Assembly: GCA_041659405.1 (NCBI GenBank)
Contig: JBAZYK010000006.1
Coordinates: 1-32,000, forward strand
From: Candidatus Altimarinota bacterium
GTDB lineage: Bacteria > Patescibacteriota > Gracilibacteria > UBA1369
Direction of reading: 5' to 3'
DNA length: 32,000 bases
The position numbers were made by a program, and so were the translations under genes. Position 1 is the stretch's first letter; every line of letters begins with the position of its first letter. The notes below the pieces were generated by a model. It saw only the letters and a program-made list of their open reading frames with translations. It was not told the DNA's origin and ran no database searches. Shown one piece after another: positions 1-10,100 of the stretch.

Positions 1-2
1 TG

Positions 3-42
3 GAGGGAATGGTGATGATTTAGTCATCTTTCATCATCCCTC
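3..42 (-). terminator. Imperfect hairpin immediately downstream of the PAS/HisKA ORF (candidate end of the operon)
   Basis: Arms gaggga(3-8)/tccctc(37-42) and tgatga(13-18)/tcatca(31-36), with a 12-nt loop and a 4-nt bulge. The window edge hides whether a T-run follows on the minus strand. Confidence 0.25.
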
Positions 43-55
43 TTTTTGTTGTGGC

Positions 56-1168
56 TTAAAACCTGTTTTTTCTCTTTCCCTCAATATCAAATCCGTCTCG
101 CACTCTCGAAATCTTGGAAAGGGGTGTATCAAAATTATGACCCATTTCAATTCTGGAAAGATTCAACAAATCGCTTACCAGACGAATTGAGCGCTCATTA
201 CTGACAATAATTCCATGGACATAGTCTCGTTGTTCTTCATTTAATTTATGCTGTTTATTTTTACTTAGTAATTCGGCAAACCATTTTATGGCTGTTAGCG
301 GCTCACGCAATTGATGCGATGCCAAAGAGATAAACTCCGATTTCATGCGATCAAGTTCCCGGAGTTTTGTAATATCATGTTCCGTCCCAACAAAAAACTC
401 CACATTGCGTTTACTGTCCAAGACCGGAGTAATAACAATTTCCGCATCATATAATTCACCATTTTTCCTTTTATTCTGAACCTCCCCGCGAAAGACCTTT
501 TTGTCCTTATAAATGGTATTCCACATGTCCTTATAGAATTTTTTAGGCATATTTCCTCCCCATAATTTACCGGAAGATTTCCCAATCATTTCTTTTGGAT
601 CGTAACCCGTAACCACCTTTACACCTTTATTGGCATACAAAATTTTATCATCCGGATCTGTAATAATCAGATGAGTCGAGGCCTCTACAACCATTTTGAA
701 TTTCTTAAGTTCCTTGGCCAGATTTTTGGAAACAGATTTTGCTCTTCCCATCTGCTCCTCAAATTCTTCACGTTTACCAACATCTTCAAAAGCAAGAAAA
801 ATGGATTCCTGATGATCAGAACTGCAAATTATTTTAACGGCATTCAATAAAATAGTTTGCTTTCCAATTCGCGGAAAATCAGCCTCTATTTTAAAATCAC
901 AAAAGAAAGAATTTTTAGCCAAAATTTCCTCCAATAATTTTCTTAACTTTGGAATATTCCACTGTTTATCATTAAGCTGATAAATACATTTATCCAATAC
1001 TTCCTTCGCTTTAACTTTAAAAAATCGATAAAAAGCATTATTGGCCATCCTTACATTCAAATCCTGGTCCAAAACAAGCAAAGGCTCATGAATTGAATTT
1101 ATAATTTCGCCAACGTGTTCAGGGAAAGCCAATGAAGTTTTTTTTGAGTTTTTATGATTTGTATTCAT
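56..1168 (-). CDS. PAS-PAS-HisKA sensor protein, histidine-kinase-like but without a HATPase_c catalytic domain
   Basis: 370-aa ORF. The first PAS-like segment reads EPLLVLDQDLNVRMANNAFYRFF...QWNIPKLRKLLEEIL. The second reads THLIITDPDDKILYANKGVKVVTGYDPKEMIGK...GTEHDITKLREL. The H-box is SEFISLASHQLREPLTAIKWFAELL and is followed by LLNLSRIEMG. The ORF stops (TAA, 56-58) shortly after the dimerisation helix. Confidence 0.8.
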   Translation of the reverse strand: MNTNHKNSKKTSLAFPEHVGEIINSIHEPLLVLDQDLNVRMANNAFYRFFKVKAKEVLDKCIYQLNDKQWNIPKLRKLLEEILAKNSFFCDFKIEADFPRIGKQTILLNAVKIICSSDHQESIFLAFEDVGKREEFEEQMGRAKSVSKNLAKELKKFKMVVEASTHLIITDPDDKILYANKGVKVVTGYDPKEMIGKSSGKLWGGNMPKKFYKDMWNTIYKDKKVFRGEVQNKRKNGELYDAEIVITPVLDSKRNVEFFVGTEHDITKLRELDRMKSEFISLASHQLREPLTAIKWFAELLSKNKQHKLNEEQRDYVHGIIVSNERSIRLVSDLLNLSRIEMGHNFDTPLSKISRVRDGFDIEGKRKNRF

Positions 1169-1196
1169 GGGAAAGTTATTAAAGTTTAAATCTGTA

Positions 1197-4100
1197 TCAC
1201 GCAGATTTAAACTTTTTCCTCATTCTATAAAGCAAAAACATTCCAACCAGAATGACCACAACCGTAATCAGGGTTGAATACAGATTCAGGTAATAATAAG
1301 CCATTACCCAGAAGTTTTTATTAACGGTAAAAGTTTTAATGGCACTTGGTAAACTTTTCACCTTGGCAATTGGGTCAAGCGCTACGGCAAAAATGGAATG
1401 TTCACCGGGAGTCAGTTCCACATTACTTTGCAAATGATCCAAATTCCAAATTCCGTTACCATCCGCCTTTACCCTATAAACTAAAGCCTGATCACTATGA
1501 AGATAGAGAACCACTTCCTGATTTGGTAAAGCGCGTCCACTGAACTTAATCACATTCGCGGTTGAAGTTTCCGTAGTTGCTCCATTTTGGATTGAAACTA
1601 TCTGTGGTTGAGGAATATTTGGCAGCACAGTTGCCTCAGCCGCCTGGCCAATTGTAACTATTGCCGGTATAGGCAAAGGAGCTCCCGGGGCAATGCCACC
1701 AACAAGCGTTGTAGCGCCACCGGTAGGCCTTGCGGCACCAGGCAAAGCAGGTCCGCCCACCGCAGCTGCTCCCGTTAAACCAGCTGGAGCAACCACACGA
1801 TTTACATCTAACAAATTAACCGCGCTCGCATTTCCGGCAGGATCAACCACCACCAATTCAAACTGATGTTTTCCAAGAGCAAGGGTAGCGCCAGAAGGAA
1901 GATTGAAAGTCCAATTGCCAATTTCATTGGTTGCAGTGGTAAATTTAGTTTTCTTGTCCACGGTAATTTGAACTGTGGAATATGGTTCCGCAAAACCATT
2001 TAAAGTAGGTGTATCAGTTGAAATATTTTCATTTTCCGCAGGGTTAGCCACACTTGGTAAACCCGGAGGAGTTAAATCAATCAGCAAAGGCATTCCATTG
2101 GAATTTGCACTTGGATTATTGAACGAATCTACAGCTTTAACAGTCAAAATATGTTGACCTTCCGTAAAGGTGAAAGTCTGTCCAAATCTGCCATTGGCAT
2201 CAGCCAAAGCGGTAAAATAATCAACAAAAGTTCCATTATCATAAAGAATTATTTTGGCATTTGAGACAGCTACACCGGAAACATTCACGCTGGTTTTATT
2301 GGTTGGAGTCGCAAGACGATCCAGTACCGGAACATTCAATAAAGATGCGTTGAAAAGTACTGCAGGAGTTCCACCACCACCACTAACAACCGGCGTTGGA
2401 GTAGGTGCTGGAACTTCAAATAGATTAATAGATACAACCGTCGCTTCATTGCCATATTTATCCACAGCCCAAATTTTCACAAAATAATTATTGGTCAAAG
2501 GAATCCCTGTAATTGTAGTTATGGAAGTCAAAACATCACTCAAAGTTGGATCTTCCGTCGTGCTCCATTTTGTAGCAGTACCGATTCGCGCATCAACGTC
2601 AGTTTGGCTTGTCCCATGCCATAATTCGTAATGATCAAAATTACTCTCGGTCACAGAACCTGCCCAGTTTAAAGTTGCCGCAGTTGTAGTCGAAGAAAAT
2701 TTCGTTAGAGATGTAAGCCCAACCGGAGCTAAAGTATCTACCGCAAAATCGGTTGATTCAAAGACGCTGGAGTTTCCAAAACTGTCCGTAGCCTGTAAAC
2801 GAACACGGGCATTGGCTATTTCCGTAGTTGCCAAATCAACAGCAGGATTCCACGAAATTGCTTTACCGGCGCCGGCCGTTTGTCCGCTGCCAAAATTTCC
2901 GGCAAGTGTTGACGTTGCTACAGTCCAGGTTGTCCCGCCATTTTTAGAAATTTCCGGAGTGACTGTAATGTTAGAAGACGCATCATCGGCCAAATCATAA
3001 GCGATTGAAACCGCATTGTTTGCCCCCAAAGTTTGAGTGGCAATTAACGCACTCACAACCGGAGCCTTGGTATCGATTGCAAAATCAGCCGAATTGGCAA
3101 AAACACCCTGGTTTCCAAAATAATCCTTGGCCTTAACTCTGACTTTCATATTAGTTTTATGTTGAGCGCTAAAATCAGTTCCGGCGTCCCAGGTAAACGT
3201 TTTCGCACCGGTAGTAATACCCGTTCCAATTGCTCCGGTTACCGTTGTTGCCGGAACCGCCCAGGTAGTTCCACCATCCGCAGAAAACTCAGCCTCAACC
3301 AAAAATCCGGCCGGAGTGTTATCCGCCAAAGTATAGTTAACCTCAACATTGTCTGTTCCAGCTGTTTGAGCCGCAGTTACGCCGCTAACCACCGGCAATT
3401 TTGTATCGACTGAAAAATCATCGGAAGCCACAAAAGTACCAATGTTATCATAGGCATCGGTTCCACGGATTTTTATCTTCATTGTAGTACTTTCCTGATT
3501 TGCGAAATCAATTCCCGCATTCCAGGTTATATTTTTATTTGTGCCGATTGAGATGCCGGAACCAACATCACCAGCCATTGAAGTTGTGGCAACAGTGTAA
3601 GTTGCGCCACTGTCATCAGAAATCAAAGCCTCAACCGAATTGTTCGTACCGGAATTATCCACCATATCATAATGAATCGTTAAACCATCTGTCCCCGGAA
3701 TCTGCCCGATATTAATATTTGAAATTACCGGACCAAGCGTATCAACCGAAAAAGCGGAGGAAGTAGCCAAATTACCTGATGTTAAACCATCATTCGCCTG
3801 CAATCTTACATAAACGGTTGAACTGCCAAAGTTTGCCAAATCCGCCGCCAAATCCCAGGCAAAAACAAAAGAATGACCGGAAGAAGTAAACGCCAAACCA
3901 CTTATACCATCAGCTCCCACTCCCGCTTTTTGAGTCATGGTATGCCAGATGGAATTATCGGTGGAATATTCATAAGAGGTTAGATCATTTGTGTCATTTT
4001 GAGCGTCCGTTCCGGAGTAATTAACTAAAACATAACTTCTATTCAAAGGCTGCGCAACACTTGTAATACTTATAACCGGAGCAGTATTTGCAACAGCACC

Positions 4101-7100
4101 AACATTGGAGAAACTGCTTTCACTGCCGGATTGATGTGCAGTATCAGCCGGATTTCGTGATTTAACTTCAAAACTATATCGAGCCACCGGAGAAGTTAGA
4201 CCGGTCACGGTAATTTTTCCGCTTACACCGGAGCTATTTCCCCATTGCCCCGCTGCCGTTCCCAAAGTTTTCCAGACTGCAGCTGTATCCAATGAACCAT
4301 TTGTCTGCACATATTTACCGGTTGTAGTTTCAAAAATCGCATAAGGAACAGTACTCGATTCCCCTGTATGAGGATTTACCGTTACATCCACACTTGTATT
4401 TTGAGGATTGCCAACGGTTGGTGCATCCGGTTTATAAGGTTTAACGTATTTTTTAGTAGTTGAAGGCGCAGTATTTTCATTCGTAGCAGTTTTTCCATAA
4501 AGATCGCCCTCCGTTATTTTAACTTTGGAAACATAATCACTACCGGTAAGAGTTTGGCCGGCAGCCGTAGCCTGTGCCGGAGGAGTTGCGGTATTACCGG
4601 TTCCAGCCGTACTGGCGCCATAAGCCAAACCATTCAAAGCAAGCGCAAAATCATTGGTGCCCGGATTAGATTCGGTAAACGAACCTTCAATCAAAGCGGT
4701 TGTATCACCGGCATTTGGTTGAGTTGAAAGATCAGCCGCCGCATTGGTTGCAGGCGCCAAAGTATCCAAATTAAACGCCGTGGAAGAAACATTGTCACTA
4801 ACATTATTAAATCCATCCGTGCCACGCAATCTAACCATCATGGTTGATTTTTGGTGGTTTGTATAATCCGTTCCTGCATTCCAGGTTATGGTTTTACCGT
4901 TTCCGGCAGGTACCGCAGCGCCAAGATCACCGGCCGCAGTGATATGGGCAACAACCCAGGTACTTCCGGAATTATCGGAAATATCCATGGCAATTGCAGA
5001 TGTAGCGCTATCGGCAAGATCATAGGTAATCACAAAATTTTGTGATCCCAAAGTTTGAACAGCACCAATATTGGTAATAACCGGACCTTTGGTATCAACC
5101 GCAAACGAAGATGGAGTCGAAACACCGGCATTCCCAAACTGATCGGTCGCACTAACTTTAATTAAAAGATTTTGTTCATGATTTGGATAATCCGTTGCCG
5201 CATTCCAGGTAACAGTTTTATTAACAGCCGGAGTCACTCCGGTTCCCACAGCACCGGTTGCACTTGTTACCGGCACTATCCAAGTCACACCATTATCATT
5301 TGAAACACTGATTGAAACCGTGGAATTATTGGCATCAACAAGGTCATAAGCAATCGCGATCGTTCCCGCCCCGGCATTTTGGGAAGCCGTTACGTTACTA
5401 ACAACCGGAGCCTTTGTATCAACTTCAAAATTACCGGAAACCGTAAAATCACCTGCGTTACTATAAGAATCAGTCGCCTTCAAACGAAGTTTCATGATCG
5501 AAACTTCCTGATTTGCAAAATCGGTTCCGGCATTCCAGGTTATGGTTTTTCCGCTACCAGGAACAACACCTGCATTAATATCGCCACTCGCTGTGGTTAT
5601 TGGAACAACCCAATCACCTCCATCGTTGGCAGAAATATTAAGCTCAACATTAGAAACAGAAACATCACCAAGAGTATAATGAATCGTCACAGTGCCGGAA
5701 CCATTTGTAAGCATGCCAGCTGTTATGGCAGAAATAACCGGTTTTTTAGTATCAATTGTAAAAGAACTGGAAACGGCAGCAGCACCACTGGTATGACCAT
5801 CATTAGCCTGAAGACGTACATAAACCGTGGCATCTTCCGCATTGGCAAGATCCGTTCCAACGTCCCATTTAAAATGATGCAAAACTCCGGAGTCGCTAAA
5901 CGCAAGACCGGTCACTCCCTCACTTCCAACTCCACTTTTTTCGGTCATTGTGGTCCAGGTACTATTATCGGTTGAATATTTATATTGAACCAGACTGGAA
6001 GTTTCACTTTCCAAATCGATACCGTTGTAACTTATATCAACTATTTTAGAACCATCTGTACTTTGTGAAATCGAATTAAATGTAATGTGCGGCGATTGAT
6101 TGGCCGAAGAAGCTCCACTGGAAAGTGCACTTTCACTGGAAGGCGCAAATCCTGTATCACTTGGATTGCGTGACTTGACCTCAAATCCGTAAGTATAGGA
6201 ATGTCTGGTCAATCCGCTCACATTAACTTTGCCGGAAACACCCGAGCCATTTCCCCACTGTCCGGAGCCCGTTCCCAAAGTTTGCCAAACCGGACTCGCC
6301 CCTATGGTTCCATTACCCTGCACATATTCAGAAAGTGTAGCTTCAAAAATCGCATATTCCAGGGAATCAGCCTCTGCCGGATTTTTGTTGACTGTTACAT
6401 CAACCGTCCCAACTCCGGGATTATCAACCGTTGGAAGCGCAGGTGTATAAGGTTTAACATATTTTAACGCCGCAGATGGAGAAGTATTTTCATTGGTTAT
6501 CGATTGACCATATTTATCGGTGTGCGTAATTTTCACCTTGGAAATATAATCGTTACCTTTAAGCGTAACTCCCGTAGCCGTTGCCTGATTTGTCGGAGTT
6601 GCGGTATTTGTAGTACCCGCCGTACTTGATCCGTAACTTCCAACATCAACCGCCACATAAAAAGCATTGGTGCTTGGATTGGCTTCTGTAAAAGATCCAC
6701 CAATTAAAGCAATTGTATCACCTGCACTTGGTTGAGTTTGTAACTCGGCAGCTGCATTAACCGCCGGAGCCAAAGTATCCAAAGCAAAATTGGTTGAATC
6801 TACATCGCCCGAAGCATTATTAAAAATATCCGTTGCCTGAATACGAACCTGCATTGTTCCAAGTGTCTGATTTGGGAAATCGGCTGCCGCATTCCAGGTT
6901 ATAGTTTTTCCTGTTCCAGAAGCCACACTAGCCCCCAAAGCTCCGGTTGCGGACGTGGTTGGCACCACCCAACTTGATCCGCCATTACTGGAAATTTGCA
7001 ATTGAACGGTTGAATTATTTTGATCCGCCAAATCGTAAGTAATATTTACAGTCGTTCCACCCAAAGGCTGAGTTCCAGCCACCGTGGTCACTCTTGGAGC

Positions 7101-10100
7101 TTTAGTATCCAAAGAAAAAGCGGAAGAAGTGGTATTGGAAACATTGATATGTTTATCTGTAGCCGTAATTTTGATCTTCATGTCCGCATGTTCCTGATTA
7201 TCAAAATCGGTCCCGGCATTCCAGGTAATTGTTTTGCCTGCACCCGGCACAGTAGCGGCCCCAAATGCCCCTGCCGCAGATGTAATTGGCACCACCCAAG
7301 TTGAACCGCCATCGCTTGAAATAGCCAAGGCCGTATCAACATTTCCGTTATCTTCAGAAACGTCATAATGGAATGTAAATGTTTTTGCCACAGCATCCTG
7401 AACAGCGGTAACATTGGAAACCACCGGCGCTTTGGTATCCGCCTCAAAAGCGGACGAAGAACTATTCACGCCCTGATTGCCAAATGTATCAGTCGCCCTA
7501 ACCCGCACCATCATCTGAGTCGTATATTCTCCGTCATAATCACTGGCAACATTCCAGGTAATGGTTTTCCCCGCACCCGGAGTGATTCCCGCGCCAATTG
7601 CACCGGTTGCAGAAGCATGAGGAACAGTCCAGGTTGAGCCGCCATCAGCGGAAACATCCATTTGAACATTACTATTATTGCCATCAGTAAGAGTATAAAC
7701 AACCGTCACAGTTGTTGAAGTATCGCTCATTGACGCGGATGTAACAGCTGTAACCGGAACCACGTTATCAATAGCAAAAGCCGAAGAAGTGGCCACCGCA
7801 CTATCCAAAAGTGAATCATTTGATTTCAGTCTGATCAAAACGCTTGAATTTTCCACCCCCGCCAAATCGGTCCCGGAATCCCAGACAAATTTATAATTGC
7901 TACCGGTTGGCAAGAACACCAGATTGATTGTGCTGTTGGACCCAACTCCACTTTTTTCCGTCATTGTAGCCCAGATGCCACCACCATTTGTGGAATATTG
8001 AAACGAAGCCAAACTATTAATATCGCCCTGACCGTCGGTACCGGTATAATTAATGTTTACATATTTTGTACCATCGGTAGTTTGCGCAATACTCCCAAGA
8101 GTAACAGTTGGCGCAGTATTGGTAATTTGCGAAGGTGAAGACAAAGCCGATTCAGAAGACGCAGCATGCCCACCGTCATTTGGATTACGAGATTTTACCT
8201 TAAAAATAAACGTGGAAATATGTGGAGTAAGTCCGGTTACATTCACCTTGCCGGTAACTCCCGTCCCATTTCCCCATTGACCCGCTCCCGTACCCAAAGT
8301 TTGCCAAATCGCACCAGCTCCAAGCGCACCATTTGCCTGAACATATTGACTGGTAGATGTTTCAAAAATGGCATATTGCAGACCACTGGCCTCACTTGCA
8401 TTTGGAACAACCGTTAAATTTAAATTATTGGTTATTGGATTTGTAAGCGTAGGCGCCTGTGGAGTGTAAGGCTTAACATATTTGTAAGTCGCAGATGGTG
8501 AAGTATTTTCATTAGTCCCCGATTGCCCATATAAATCAGCATGCACGATTTTTACTTTTGAAATGTAATCGTTACCTTTAAGTGTTGTTCCGGCAACAGT
8601 ACTTTGATTTGATGGCGTAGCCGTATTCGGAGTACCAACCGTTCCCGCGCCATAATCCGCACCACTCACTCCAACAGAAAAAGTATTTGTACTTGGATTG
8701 GCTTCTGTAAAAGATCCACCAATTAAAACCGCAGAATCACCGGCATTTGGTTGAGCAAACAAATTGGCTATAGCATTGGTTGCCGGCGCCAAAGTATCAA
8801 GCGCAAAACTGATAGACGCAACAAAAACTCCCTGATTTAAAAATTTATCTTTTGCTCTAACCCTAACCTGAATATTGCTTTGTTGATGAGCCGGATAATC
8901 CGTCCCCGCATTCCAGGTTATGGTGTTCCCGATTGCCGCAGTCACTGCAGCACCAACTGCACCGGTAGCGGACGTAACTGGCACTGTCCAGGTCACTCCG
9001 GAATCACCGGAAACTGCCAATTCAACCAGCAAATTATCGGTAGTGTTATCTGTAAGATCATAAGTTATTTGCACCGAAGTAGTGCCCAAAGTTTCCGTAG
9101 CAACAACATTGGCAACCACCGGATTCACATAATCAACCGCAAAAGCGGAAGAAGTCGCAACCGCACTATCAAGAAAGCCATCATTAGCCTTAAGACGAAC
9201 CAGCACAGTCGCATTATAAAAACTTCCAATATCCGCAAGCGCATTCCAGACAAAAGTATGCGCAACTCCCGCCGCAGAAGTAGTAAGCCCAGTAATTCCG
9301 CTATGAGCAGGATCGGAAGTCGCAGCCGTCATTGTCTGCCAGGTCGTTCCATCAACCGAATATTCAGAAGCATTCAAATTGGAAACATCACTTTCGGGAT
9401 CCTGCAAATTATATGGCAAATAAACCAGGCCGGTAGAAGTCCCCTGGGCCGGTGTAAGGCTCGCAACCACCGGAGGATTATCCTGGGTATAATTGATCGA
9501 AACATTATTCAAAATTACCTGTTGGCTGCCATTACCGGACAAAAACGCCTTCCACCTGATTTTATTGGTAGTTTTGGTAAAAGTGGCGATATTCGTATTA
9601 ACAATGGCTGCGGTATTATAGTTGCCCGCTCCGGCTGTAGCCCAAGCCGTACCATTCCAATATTGCCAGGTTACCCCATCATCACTGGAAAGTTGATAAT
9701 TAATTTCTCCACCATTTTTAGTCGCCGTTTCCGCAAACGAATCCCAGCTTAAAACCTTTGCCGGATTCAAAGAAGTCGTCGGAGTTATGGTTGGACTGCC
9801 ACTATCGTAAACATGTGAGGTATTTGACCAGTTTAAAACAACATTATCAAAACCGGAAGTATAGGCATCACTTTCATCGGTAGTTAAATTATTAGTTGCA
9901 TAAGCGGCAAATTTTAAATAGTAAGTACCGGCCGCCCCCAATTTTGTGTGAACATCAATATTGGATACACTTGCCCAGGGAGTCGTTGCACTAATTTCTC
10001 CGCTATCCCAAACTTGCGTTCCCAATACCGGATCAGTATTTGCAGAATCAACAAAAGCGTAAAGATGATAGGTCTGTGGAGCAGTCGGTGAAGTAAAAAC

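Noticed and set aside
2-13. 12-mer ggagggaatggt shared between the window start and the 5' arm of the 24301 palindrome, as proof of a repeat family
   Set aside because: A single 12-nt match in 32 kb is within chance expectation. It is mentioned only as a hint in the palindrome finding and needs genome-wide copies to mean anything.
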